This document shows, piece after piece, positions 8,236 to 17,998 of a stretch of 64,000 nt of DNA. This DNA comes from a virus. A program made the position numbers and the translations under genes. The first letter of the stretch is position 1, and every line of letters starts with the position of its first letter. The notes beneath the pieces are model-generated. The model saw only the letters and a program-made list of their open reading frames with translations, ran no database searches and was not told the DNA's origin. The stretch is taken from the IMG/VR virus record IMGVR_UViG_2896850075_000002. One strand, given 5' to 3'.

Positions 8236-8928
8236 TTACACCGCCTTTACTGCAGATTTTTTCACCCATCCGCGCCAACCGCCGCTAAGCGTCGTCACGT
8301 GATATGGATAAGCTCTTCCGAGAGCGATAAAGTTCACTTTGCGAATGGTGTTATGCTCAGTCTGGCCAGGTCCCCGTCCATAACTATCAACGTGCAAGCG
8401 GCCATTTACGATTACCTTCGAGCCTCGCCCAATTTTTTTGGGTGGCTTTGGCCGCGGCTTTCCTTTTTTCGCAACTTTTTTCTTAGCAATTTTCATTTTT
8501 TCAGCTTTATAAGTTTTATACTCCGTTAGATCTAACGTGAAGGTGTATTCATCCGCATTTGCATTTTCCATCCCGTAATTAAAGCTAGCAACTGTCATCT
8601 TCAGTGAAATTTTAGTTCCAGAAACAACCAAGCGAATTGGCTTTTTTGACTTTTGAGCCGCAATAATCCAATCAATATACTTTTGAGCCGAACTAAGTGG
8701 CTTGGAGGCAGTCACATAACGCACATTCTTAGTCGTGACTGGCAAAATACTTTCTATTGACAGTGTTCGCAATTTAACTTCACCAATTCTGTTGATTTCG
8801 CCAAGCTTGACAACTTCTTCGGTTGCATCGTTGGTTTCATAGTTAACTTTTAATTCTTGTGGGTTAACCGGTAGCTCAATCGTTTTGTTCTTGTTATCGG
8901 TCAGATACACACCAATATGTTTTGCCAT
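8236..8928 (-). CDS. Tail tube initiator (XkdP-like) with C-terminal SH3-like domain
   Basis: LPVNPQELK N-domain, YTLDLTEYK, Lys/Pro linker, GSKVIVNG...PYHV...GWV. Confidence 0.75.
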   Translation of the reverse strand: MAKHIGVYLTDNKNKTIELPVNPQELKVNYETNDATEEVVKLGEINRIGEVKLRTLSIESILPVTTKNVRYVTASKPLSSAQKYIDWIIAAQKSKKPIRLVVSGTKISLKMTVASFNYGMENANADEYTFTLDLTEYKTYKAEKMKIAKKKVAKKGKPRPKPPKKIGRGSKVIVNGRLHVDSYGRGPGQTEHNTIRKVNFIALGRAYPYHVTTLSGGWRGWVKKSAVKAV

Positions 8929-8943
8929 TATTCACTCACCTCT

Positions 8944-11900
8944 TTAGCTCATCGCCGTGCCATTTTTACGAATCAAATAATTCTCAAGCTCGCGAGCGAT
9001 AGTTTCGCCATCAAGTGCACCATTACCGCTGCTAACCACTTGAATTGCACCTGGTTGTACTTGAACAACCATACTTGAAGCATCGCCATAATGGTTAGCT
9101 GTCACCGTTTCACGAGCATTATCGCCAAATGGCGTCGTAGCCGGAACATCGCTTATATGGCTTCCTGTAGCTCCGAATTGAATCTGACCATTAGCAGTGA
9201 TAGAACTACCGCTCATTCCATTAATCGCATTAGACACATTACCAATGACTTCTAATGCTCTATTGAAGCCAGCTGCTAGTTGATCACCAGGGTTTAGCCC
9301 AGTTAAACCAAAATTTCCTAACGATGAGTCAATATTGGCAGCACTCACTGCTGACGTTGCCATCTTAGCTCCCGCCTTACTAATCAACGAGCTAGTTCCA
9401 TTCATCCCGATTGCCATACCTTGGCCCATATAGTCACCAATTTCAGCAAATAACCGCGATGGTGAATGAATTTTAGCAGCTGCACGAGCAGCACGATTAG
9501 CTTGTGCAATCAGGGCATTTGCAGCCGCAGTAACCGTTCCTAATCTCGACCGCATTCCGGCGGCCAATCCGGCACTAATCATGGCACCAGCCGAACGGGC
9601 AGCACTAACACCACTCTTCATTGCACTGGTAGCAGCATTAACTAAGGCGTGTGCGGCAGACCGTGCATTACCTGTTCCGCCTTTAAAGGCGCTAACAAAT
9701 TTATTAACCGCATCTCGTGCAATAGATCCTAATGTATTTAGTCCGGTCTTAACAACACTAACCGCGCTGACCATTGTTTTTAGGCTAGCGGCAGCTGATG
9801 CAGCTTTGTTTGCTATTGAAGCAACCTGAGTCGCTACAAGTTTCGTTGCTACTCCCAATGCAGCCATACCGATAGCAGACGCGGCGGCAGCGATTCCTAG
9901 CCCTGCGAGAACAAGGGCAGTGGCAGCAGCCACCAGCACAATAGCAGCAAGTCCGATCATTGCCATCATTGCTCCCATCATAACCATCGTTAAACCGACC
10001 ATCGCCATCATCCCTCCAGCCATAACCAGCATCAGACCAGCCATCGCCATCATTGCTCCAGCCATAACCATCACAAGGCCTGTAAAAGCCATCATCGCTC
10101 CGGCCATAACCAGCATCAAGCCAACCATCGCCATCATTGCTCCAGCCATAACTAATATTAGCCCCATTGCGGCAACCATTGCACCGGCCATAACTAGCAT
10201 TAGTGCAACACCTAGCATCATTATTCCAACTGCAGCCACCAATGACATTGGTGCTACTAACATCAAACTTACCGCTAATAGCATCATTCCAACCCCAGCA
10301 ATCAAGCCCGTTGCGGCAATCCCCATTAGGGCCACGCTCATTAATAGCAAACCAATTGCGGCAACCATACTAAACACGGCCACTAACGGCATTGCTACGG
10401 CTAGAATCATCATTCCAACTGCTGCAATCATCACTGTTACTGCTACCATGGTCATTGCTACGCCTAATAGCAACAAACCAATCGCAGCTAGCATGGACAA
10501 CGGTGCTAGTAGCACCATACTAACCGCCAATATCATCATGCCAACTCCAGCAATCAAACCTGTAACGGCAATGACAGTTAAAGCCACACTCATAAGTAAC
10601 AGTCCGACAGCCGCAATCATACTGAATACGGCAATCAACGGCAATGTGATTGCCAGCATCAACATCCCAACAGCAGCGATAATAACAGTCACCACGATGG
10701 CAGCCATTGCAACGGCAAATAGCAGCGCTCCCACGGCTGCGATAACAAATCCAACACCTAAGATTAATAAGGAAGCTCCTAATAGAATAAGACCCACTGC
10801 AGCAACAATAGCAGCCAAACCGAAGACGGCAACCGCACCAGCAAGCGCTAATAGTCCAATAGCGGCACTAACACCATACTGAGAAATCAACGGCAATTGA
10901 GTTGCTAATAGCGCCAAGCCAGCCGATGCAAGTAACACCGCAATACCAATCAATAGTAAAGCAGCACCAAGAATTAAGAATCCCACCGCACCTCCGATTA
11001 AGGACGGTCCGAGTAGTTTAACGATGACAGCTAATACAGCGACAGCCGCAATCATTCCAAAGAACATTGCAATAGCTGGCCAACCAGCTGACACCAGCTT
11101 GATTGTTGCGTTCGCAATCATCAATAGTCCCGCGCCTGCTAAAGCAGCGCCAGCACCAATCAGAACCATAGCAATCCCTAGCTTCAACATTGATGTCGCA
11201 GCCGCTCCCGTCTTACCGGGTTCTGGTACTGGAATTTCTGGAACTTTAGGTGTCTTTTGAAACATTGATAATGCTGATCTAATCCCTTTAAGCGCTTGGA
11301 ACCCTTTCATCGCAGTGACAACCAAACCAACTGCCACCGCCACTGCTTTGATTTGTCCTGGGCTCATTTTTGATAAAGCATTCAGGCCGGCAATCAGAAC
11401 CGTGAACTTTAATCCCTGCATTCCAGACTTCATAACGACAAACGCGGCCCCAATCGTTTTAAGCGTTCCTGGGCTTAGCTTACTTACAGCATCCGCTACC
11501 GCGCTAATCGATTTAGCCGCGCCTTTGATTGTGTTACCCGCCAATTCACCAAAACTCTTGAACGGATTTTTACCACCACCTGCCAGCTTCCCAAACACTC
11601 GTTTGGCAGACGCACCCAGAGTCGTAAACATAGACTGTACCGACTTGATAGCGCCAGTGTCCGTAAATCCGGCCCACATTTGTTTTGCATTTGCGACGAC
11701 GGTTTTAAATGCATTCATCGCACCATCAGCAATTGGCTTAAAATCAATTTTATTAATGGAGTCAGACAAGCTGGATACCATTTTAATACCAACTTGACTT
11801 GCGCTATCAAAGGCATCTTGCAACTTAATGGCGACACCTTCTTTGAGTCCATCAACTGCTTGTCCGACAGTCTTAAATTGTGTTGCCATCTTAGTAAAGC

Positions 11901-12633
11901 CTTTATTAGTCCCAGCTTTTGAGACAGCATTGAAGAAATCCTGTGTTTTAACTTTGCCGTTTTGAATATCCTGAACTAATTGTGCAGTGGATCTGTGCAT
12001 TGTTTTAGCGACTGCAGCCATACCAGCTGGTGATTGTTGCATCATCAATTTAAAATCAGCCCATTGTACTTTAGGCATGGCAGCCATCTGAGTAGCTTGC
12101 TGACTCAAAGTCTTCATCGCTTGTGCCGGATCTTCAGAGGCGGATGCTAGCCCACCAAATCCTTTAACCAACGATGTCGTGTTCTTTGTACCAACTGCTG
12201 CTAGCTGGCTATAAGTTGAAGCCATATCTGATGCAGAATAAATTGTTTGTTGCGCAAACTTTGATAAACTTCCACGAGCGGCAGAGATTTGCTTGGGGCT
12301 TTGTCCAATCATGGACATGTTCCCGTTAAACGTTTGCCATGCCTTGCTGGAATCGTTCAATTCGCCAATCATTGAGCCAATCCCCGATGAGGCAATTCCA
12401 ATGCCTTTACTAATACCGCCACCAATAACATTGGCACCTAATACAGACTTAAATACCCCACCAGTTTCAGCGGCAGACTTGTTAAGACTGCTGAATGGAT
12501 TGGCGCCTGCCATTCCAGACTTGAAACGTGAAAACATCGACTGTCCCTGACTTAATTTACTGTTTAGTTTGTCTAGTGGTGATGTGAATCCGTCTAGAAT
12601 TTTAATTGTTGCGCTTACAGTTGACATACTCAT
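8944..12633 (-). CDS. Tape measure protein
   Basis: About 1230 aa, tape-measure N-domain (ASDMASTYSQLAA), Ala/Gly/Met/Leu repeats, IHSPSR motif. Start refined to ATG 12633. Confidence 0.95.
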   Translation of the reverse strand: MSMSTVSATIKILDGFTSPLDKLNSKLSQGQSMFSRFKSGMAGANPFSSLNKSAAETGGVFKSVLGANVIGGGISKGIGIASSGIGSMIGELNDSSKAWQTFNGNMSMIGQSPKQISAARGSLSKFAQQTIYSASDMASTYSQLAAVGTKNTTSLVKGFGGLASASEDPAQAMKTLSQQATQMAAMPKVQWADFKLMMQQSPAGMAAVAKTMHRSTAQLVQDIQNGKVKTQDFFNAVSKAGTNKGFTKMATQFKTVGQAVDGLKEGVAIKLQDAFDSASQVGIKMVSSLSDSINKIDFKPIADGAMNAFKTVVANAKQMWAGFTDTGAIKSVQSMFTTLGASAKRVFGKLAGGGKNPFKSFGELAGNTIKGAAKSISAVADAVSKLSPGTLKTIGAAFVVMKSGMQGLKFTVLIAGLNALSKMSPGQIKAVAVAVGLVVTAMKGFQALKGIRSALSMFQKTPKVPEIPVPEPGKTGAAATSMLKLGIAMVLIGAGAALAGAGLLMIANATIKLVSAGWPAIAMFFGMIAAVAVLAVIVKLLGPSLIGGAVGFLILGAALLLIGIAVLLASAGLALLATQLPLISQYGVSAAIGLLALAGAVAVFGLAAIVAAVGLILLGASLLILGVGFVIAAVGALLFAVAMAAIVVTVIIAAVGMLMLAITLPLIAVFSMIAAVGLLLMSVALTVIAVTGLIAGVGMMILAVSMVLLAPLSMLAAIGLLLLGVAMTMVAVTVMIAAVGMMILAVAMPLVAVFSMVAAIGLLLMSVALMGIAATGLIAGVGMMLLAVSLMLVAPMSLVAAVGIMMLGVALMLVMAGAMVAAMGLILVMAGAMMAMVGLMLVMAGAMMAFTGLVMVMAGAMMAMAGLMLVMAGGMMAMVGLTMVMMGAMMAMIGLAAIVLVAAATALVLAGLGIAAAASAIGMAALGVATKLVATQVASIANKAASAAASLKTMVSAVSVVKTGLNTLGSIARDAVNKFVSAFKGGTGNARSAAHALVNAATSAMKSGVSAARSAGAMISAGLAAGMRSRLGTVTAAANALIAQANRAARAAAKIHSPSRLFAEIGDYMGQGMAIGMNGTSSLISKAGAKMATSAVSAANIDSSLGNFGLTGLNPGDQLAAGFNRALEVIGNVSNAINGMSGSSITANGQIQFGATGSHISDVPATTPFGDNARETVTANHYGDASSMVVQVQPGAIQVVSSGNGALDGETIARELENYLIRKNGTAMS

Positions 12634-12670
12634 GGCCTCCTTTCTTTTATGTACAAACAAACTAGAAGAC

Positions 12671-12868
12671 TCAGTGCCTTCTAGCTTTTCGTTTAGCGTC
12701 TTTTTCTTGACGTCGTTCTTCCTTAACTCTTATGTCAATCCCAGCGATCACGAGTGCCTTTTCTCGGATAGTTAGGGCTGTGTACTGTGACGGGGTCCAG
12801 TTGAAGTTATTCATCGTATAGAAATAGTATGAAAAATCTGCACCTTCACCGTCTTGAATTATTTTTTT
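12671..12868 (-). CDS. -1 frameshift extension of the tail assembly chaperone
   Basis: A AAA AAA heptamer at 12862-12868 just before the stop; the -1 frame is open to 12671 (...NWTPSQYTALTIREKALVIAGIDIRV...). Confidence 0.8.
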   Translation of the reverse strand, partial: KKIIQDGEGADFSYYFYTMNNFNWTPSQYTALTIREKALVIAGIDIRVKEERRQEKDAKRKARRH

Positions 12869-13290
12869 ACTTCATCCGTTAAATCCTTCAAGTTTTCCTG
12901 GTTGATACCTGACAGTTTCATGACTTCACCACTAAGATCAGTCATTTCACCAACTTTCAGCATTTCCTTCAACGTCCCGATTGGATCAGCTAATGTACCA
13001 TAGCTTTCTTGAAGTTCATGATCATCTAACGGAGGGAACACGACCGAAGCTGTGACAAGTAGTTCGCCAAACAGCTCCTGGTCTTGAGTCTCCTCAATTT
13101 GACCCGTTGCCGGATTTTTACGCCGACGAGTGGCTTTCTTTCGTAATCCATCGATTTCTTTATTAGTAATCTCTCGAATAACAAACGGCTCAGTAAAGCG
13201 CTTGAACGCGACTTCTTTGGTTGCTGGTTCATACGCCATATTTTGTTTCAGAAAGCTAGATACACTACGTTGTTGCTTTTCTTCGGTCAT
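12859..13290 (-). CDS. Tail assembly chaperone (XkdN-like)
   Basis: SVVFPPLDDHELQESYG...EMLKVGE; lies between the tube and TMP genes. Confidence 0.88.
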   Translation of the reverse strand: MTEEKQQRSVSSFLKQNMAYEPATKEVAFKRFTEPFVIREITNKEIDGLRKKATRRRKNPATGQIEETQDQELFGELLVTASVVFPPLDDHELQESYGTLADPIGTLKEMLKVGEMTDLSGEVMKLSGINQENLKDLTDEVKK

Positions 13291-13303
13291 GTTGTAATTC
13301 CTC

Positions 13304-13786
13304 CTATAAATCGAATCCAGTGAATGCCTGAATTAGGCTAACGCCTTCAAAAGTAAAATCAGATTCCCATTGCATTACATCGTCATCCGCTTCAAAATCA
13401 GCAAACGGAACATCATCTAAGTTGACGTCAGTGAAATGTAATGTTTGAGTGCCAGCTGCGCTGGTAGGATCATTAATTGTTAAAGTCGCTTCAAAGTACA
13501 AGTCTTTGCCACCGTTGATGTATGGTAAAGCATACTTAGACCAGTTCGAACTAATTAGGTAACCACCTAACGTCCCAGTTCCTTCCACACTCGTAGTCTT
13601 TTTGTGCTTCCAACGTGATCCAAGTGTCTGCACATCTTCCTTATTTTTTTCTAGCTTGGCGCTAAATTTATTTGCTTCAATCAATGGAATAACCTTGCCA
13701 TTGATAGTGATATAAATTTTCGCGTCCTTAGTTGAAATCGTATCGCGCCCATTAAGGAACGAGCCGATTGTCGTGTTTTCAGCCAT
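13304..13786 (-). CDS. Tail tube protein (XkdM-like)
   Basis: LEKNKEDV.TLG, GTGTL, final E.DFTFE motif. Confidence 0.92.
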   Translation of the reverse strand: MAENTTIGSFLNGRDTISTKDAKIYITINGKVIPLIEANKFSAKLEKNKEDVQTLGSRWKHKKTTSVEGTGTLGGYLISSNWSKYALPYINGGKDLYFEATLTINDPTSAAGTQTLHFTDVNLDDVPFADFEADDDVMQWESDFTFEGVSLIQAFTGFDL

Positions 13787-13799
13787 GTTTTAGACCCTC

Positions 13800-15164
13800 C
13801 TATTGAACAGTAATCGTCATGTATAATTTTTCCATTGCTTCGTTTGGTTGAACCGCTAAATCTACCACAATGGAGTCTTTAGTTTGGCCTTCTGCCACAG
13901 TTACATCATCAGCCACAAAATTAGTGATAGAACCACCATTTTGCAATGTATCCAGTTGAGCCACAAGGTTTGCTTTGAATAGGTCGCGACCAGTGTCATC
14001 GTTGTTGACCTTACCAATGAACTGGTTTTCGAAAATTGTTTGCGTCAAATTCGCAATGCCATCGATTGTGCGGATGACCTGGTTTTTAGCAAAATAGCTT
14101 GGCTTGTCATCAGTAAATTGAACCAGGCTGTTGATGTCCTCTTCAATAACCACATCGCCATCTCGCTTCACACTAAATACGAGGTGTCCTGCTTTCAAAT
14201 TATCAATGATTGCTGTATTTGAAAGGCGAGGTGTCGCATCTTGTGCATCCGGATAAACGGCATACGTCAACGAGGCACTACCATCAAGCGCAGATGATGC
14301 TCCTGCAATATATGCGGCTGCGGTAGTTGCGTCCAAGACCGTGCCATCCATTAATGTCACGCCATTGACAACAGCTGTAATGGCTTCCGAATTGTACTTG
14401 GTGTCGGTCGTCAAAGCTGGTACAACGCCCGTCACCTTGTACCCTTCATCATCACGCATCCGCTGTACAAGGTTCGCAAGTAAGGCATGAATCTCAGTAT
14501 CAACTGGATAGCCGGCCGTCGTGACGACACTGTATGAGCGAGTCTCCATGGCGTCAGACAATAATGTCGTGATGTCGCCCTTTTCACTAGTACCACCCGT
14601 CAGCTTATACGTGGTCTTACCAGTCAATGCTGCCAATTTGGTTGGTCCTGCCGTTTCATCTGCGGTAACAACATCAATATAATCATTAGACAGCAGTGGC
14701 ACTGAACCATCACTCTTAATTGCCTGTTGATCAACTACAGACGTTCCTAGAAGCGTTGTAACTGTAATTTTCGTCTCGTCCGTCGGGTCTTTTAACACAC
14801 TGACAGTCAGATCATTACCACGTACACCTGCGTATTTAGCTGTAAGCGTCCATGGCAAGCCTTCATCAGCCACTGTTGCTTTAGTACCAGCATTGTCGTT
14901 GACTAGTAACACAGTTACGGCTCCCTTTAAAGCTTCATGAATTGTAATCGCCTTAGAATCCGTCTGAGCAACACCAATCAGTGCGCGAAAGTCACTATCT
15001 CCAGATAGCTCAATGACCCCATTAGCGCCCCAACCATAATCAACACCGTTTGCCATTAATACACGGCCAGTAGTCGTATCAGTTTGTTGTTCCGGCACCC
15101 CTTTGACATTGATATATGCGCCAGGTCGTACCTTATTTTGTGTCTTCCAAATTCCGCCTGCCAT
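13800..15164 (-). CDS. Tail sheath protein (XkdK-like)
   Basis: MAGGIW..QNKVRPGAYIN, AKYAGVRGN, KNQVIRTID, AMEKLYMT. Confidence 0.95.
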   Translation of the reverse strand: MAGGIWKTQNKVRPGAYINVKGVPEQQTDTTTGRVLMANGVDYGWGANGVIELSGDSDFRALIGVAQTDSKAITIHEALKGAVTVLLVNDNAGTKATVADEGLPWTLTAKYAGVRGNDLTVSVLKDPTDETKITVTTLLGTSVVDQQAIKSDGSVPLLSNDYIDVVTADETAGPTKLAALTGKTTYKLTGGTSEKGDITTLLSDAMETRSYSVVTTAGYPVDTEIHALLANLVQRMRDDEGYKVTGVVPALTTDTKYNSEAITAVVNGVTLMDGTVLDATTAAAYIAGASSALDGSASLTYAVYPDAQDATPRLSNTAIIDNLKAGHLVFSVKRDGDVVIEEDINSLVQFTDDKPSYFAKNQVIRTIDGIANLTQTIFENQFIGKVNNDDTGRDLFKANLVAQLDTLQNGGSITNFVADDVTVAEGQTKDSIVVDLAVQPNEAMEKLYMTITVQ

Positions 15165-15356
15165 TTAAATTGCCTCCTTAAATTTATTGATTTCACTTTT
15201 AGCTTGTTCTAACGAATATTGTTTATCTTCTTCCAAAACAACTTTGAGAATATCGACTTCCAACTTCGTGAACGCACTCGCCATTAACAAGTCGGCCTTA
15301 TCAAACTTTGGCACAACCGTTTTGGCTCGCTTTACTGTTCTCTTGGTTTCACTCAC
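15165..15356 (-). CDS. Small conserved neck/tail protein
   Basis: GTG start behind GAGGAGG; FDKADLL...YSLEQAKSEI..F. Confidence 0.65.
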   Translation of the reverse strand: MSETKRTVKRAKTVVPKFDKADLLMASAFTKLEVDILKVVLEEDKQYSLEQAKSEINKFKEAI

Positions 15357-15762
15357 GTTTTGTCCCTCCTCGATAATCAATCGTCTCTTGTTTCGTGCCA
15401 TCATCAACAGGTACCGCGCGGAAACTGACAGTGAATGTCATCAGTAACGCCCCATCGTTGTGGTCGAAGTTTCGGTTTGTGATCCCTGCGAAATCATTTA
15501 ACTGAACAAAATTATCAGCTAATAATTCTTCCATCATTTCCATATCTTCATTCGGGTTTTCCGGGTCTGGAAAATACACCAATTGAAAGTGATTATCTCG
15601 CACTTGGATACCGAATAGGTTTGGCATAATAGCAGTTGGCAACTTTTCCACAAAAAAAGATGGCTCTTGAAAACCACCTCGTTGTTGTTCACGATAAATG
15701 GGCAACCCTGGAACAAGTTGAGCCAACTGTGTAGCAATTCGCTTCGTTACATTAAATGACAT
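15349..15762 (-). CDS. Tail terminator-like protein
   Basis: IYREQQRGGFQEPSFFV; position upstream of the sheath gene. Confidence 0.75.
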   Translation of the reverse strand: MSFNVTKRIATQLAQLVPGLPIYREQQRGGFQEPSFFVEKLPTAIMPNLFGIQVRDNHFQLVYFPDPENPNEDMEMMEELLADNFVQLNDFAGITNRNFDHNDGALLMTFTVSFRAVPVDDGTKQETIDYRGGTKRE

Positions 15763-15771
15763 TGAACCACC

Positions 15772-16170
15772 TCATGAGAGCTTAGATAAGAACTTTTGTA
15801 GTGCAGGGGTCAACAATGACGTCATTTGGTCATCAACCTCAAACATTGTTTTCATCAGCATGTGCTGCCCAGGAACCCAACCACCGCCACGAGTTCTATG
15901 TCCCATTTCGATATATTGCGCATATTCGATGTTGTTTAGCGCCGTCAACGTAATCACGGATGCACTAACTGTTGGCCCTTTCAATTCCCAACCACGTCGA
16001 AGCGTCCCTGTGTCAACCGGTGTTTTGGCTTTGACTCCTTTGAGTATTTGTGCACCAACTCGTTTTACACTCTCTTCCAACTGCGATTTAAGAATTTCGG
16101 CATTGGCCTCCGTTTGAACCTTCTTCGCAAATTCTTTGAATTCAGCATCATCAATCGTTCCCCAACTCAT
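15772..16170 (-). CDS. HK97 gp10-family neck protein
   Basis: TPVDTGTLRRGW, YAQYIEMGHRT. Confidence 0.9.
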   Translation of the reverse strand: MSWGTIDDAEFKEFAKKVQTEANAEILKSQLEESVKRVGAQILKGVKAKTPVDTGTLRRGWELKGPTVSASVITLTALNNIEYAQYIEMGHRTRGGGWVPGQHMLMKTMFEVDDQMTSLLTPALQKFLSKLS

Positions 16171-16546
16171 TAGCTGCCACCTCTTTAGCCTTCTCATCAC
16201 GAACCATCGCTACTTCTTGATGGGTCTCATAGCCCGTATACCCCCTGCTAGCGCGCTTATACTGGGTCACATTGCCATTCACATCAGTGACGGCAATCAA
16301 ATCACCAGCAGCTACCTTAACCCCGTTATCAATAATGAGCTTGGCGTCGTACAAATCAGTCCCATAGAACGATTGTTCGCTGGTTTTCAATCCTGACAGT
16401 ACCACTTTTGCCGGGCGATTTTCACAAATAACCACGTCTTCGGTGGTTGTGAATGGCCCATCTTCAACTTCCCGCACACCGGTAATGGTTACGCGATCAT
16501 GCCATAGTTTGGGCAACACTTTTGCCATGCGCTTATAACCATTCAT
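16151..16546 (-). CDS. Head-tail adaptor/stopper
   Basis: Position and size; GDLIAVT...Y motif. Confidence 0.7.
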   Translation of the reverse strand: MNGYKRMAKVLPKLWHDRVTITGVREVEDGPFTTTEDVVICENRPAKVVLSGLKTSEQSFYGTDLYDAKLIIDNGVKVAAGDLIAVTDVNGNVTQYKRASRGYTGYETHQEVAMVRDEKAKEVAANELGND

Positions 16547-16932
16547 TGTTTCACCACCCGGTAACTATTCAGAGTCGCCAAAAAGTTATCGCTAATTACA
16601 TTGGCTTCCTGCAGCTCCAGATAGGCTTGTGATGGCGATTTAAACTTAACGGAGGTATCACCCTCGGAAATACTATCAACATCTCCCGACTGCTCGTCAA
16701 GTGGCGTTAACAACTGATGGGTGCCGACATACTGCATGCACATCGCTACAATCGTGCTATCCAGATGTTCTGATAAGGCAATCGGATCAACATGGCAATA
16801 ATTTGCCACATCCATAATCGTCTTATCGAGCACATAACTTAAAACATCATCATAGCCATCATTCCCGTCAGGCTTCGGCAATAGCTTCTTTAGTTGGGCC
16901 AATAACACTGGCCGCCGCGGTAATTGTTCCAT
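16543..16932 (-). CDS. Head-tail connector (gp6/gp15-like)
   Basis: VANYCH, SISEGDTSVKF, LNSYR. Confidence 0.8.
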   Translation of the reverse strand: MEQLPRRPVLLAQLKKLLPKPDGNDGYDDVLSYVLDKTIMDVANYCHVDPIALSEHLDSTIVAMCMQYVGTHQLLTPLDEQSGDVDSISEGDTSVKFKSPSQAYLELQEANVISDNFLATLNSYRVVKQ

Positions 16933-16945
16933 GCTTACCCCACCT

Positions 16946-17986
16946 TTACTTAACGAGTGCTAATAAATCAGCTTTAACGGCACTAGCATCGTATTGAATT
17001 CCTTCTTGGTCTAAATAAGCCTTGATTTGTTCGACCGTGCTTGAATCGGTTGGTTTAGCCAATGTTTGCACTGTGCCTTCTGCCGGAGCCTTATCACTCA
17101 CAACAAATTCAATCCCCTTGGTCTTGGTCTTCAAGATGAAAACATCATCGTATGATTGTTCGTAATACAAGAAGTTCCCAGAATTCATAGCTGATGGACT
17201 GTCAAAGCCAGCAAAACTGTACTTTTGCGGTGCGATTTGAATTCCGTTTGAAATCAAGAACATTTCAATTTGCTTAGCATCAGCTTTAAGTTTGGAACCA
17301 ACCGTGAAGTCGAAAGCCGTTTGCATTAAGTCAGATGGCACAACCACAATTGTTACATCATCTAGGCTATAAACAGTGCGTTGAACGTTATTAGGGTCTT
17401 TCAAGACCATTTCACGGTTCATTGCTTCAGCACGTTTAAGAATGGCGTTGTTCTTTGGCGTCAGGTATAAGATTCGGCCTTGTTGTGGCACACGGGCTTC
17501 GTCCATTCCGACCATCATGTCATCGAACGCGGTTAAGATGTTCTTTTCATCTAATGTATCAGTTTGAATGCCGCCATCGTTCGCGTCTGCTTTACGTTGA
17601 TATAGCTTAGAAAACATTTCGCGATCCATTTCTGGCATCTTTTCATCAAGATTGAATTGCTTCGTGATATTCGCCATCGAGATCACATAGTTAGATTCGT
17701 CCACATCTGATGGGTCAACCAAGGTACTCCAATACCGCTCATTTTTAAGTTCATATGGATCCCAATCATTTGAATAGTTTGCAGAAGGTGTTGTAATGGT
17801 TCGCCGCGCACGGTCCCGCCGACCTTCATCAATCGTTAACCGTGGGACTTTGATATGTTTAGCACCATCAAAGCTAATTAATGAATTTGACGGTGAGTTC
17901 CATAAGTCTGCTGAGAATAAATGTCCGTCGTAAAAAGATTGTTGAATCGCCTGTTGGTAGGCATCTGCATAATTAATTGTTGCCAT
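16946..17986 (-). CDS. Major capsid protein with C-terminal HeH/LEM-like appendage
   Basis: Follows the scaffold gene; DP.DVDESN, PEMD motifs; C-terminal TVEQIKAYLD..GI.Y..A.KADLLALV. Confidence 0.9.
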   Translation of the reverse strand: MATINYADAYQQAIQQSFYDGHLFSADLWNSPSNSLISFDGAKHIKVPRLTIDEGRRDRARRTITTPSANYSNDWDPYELKNERYWSTLVDPSDVDESNYVISMANITKQFNLDEKMPEMDREMFSKLYQRKADANDGGIQTDTLDEKNILTAFDDMMVGMDEARVPQQGRILYLTPKNNAILKRAEAMNREMVLKDPNNVQRTVYSLDDVTIVVVPSDLMQTAFDFTVGSKLKADAKQIEMFLISNGIQIAPQKYSFAGFDSPSAMNSGNFLYYEQSYDDVFILKTKTKGIEFVVSDKAPAEGTVQTLAKPTDSSTVEQIKAYLDQEGIQYDASAVKADLLALVK

Positions 17987-17998
17987 GTTGTTTTCCTC

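Noticed and set aside
9920-10882. 320-aa + strand Ile/Ala/Thr/Pro ORF (and its copy at 50986-51948)
   Set aside because: Antisense shadow of the hydrophobic TMP repeats; no SD and low complexity.
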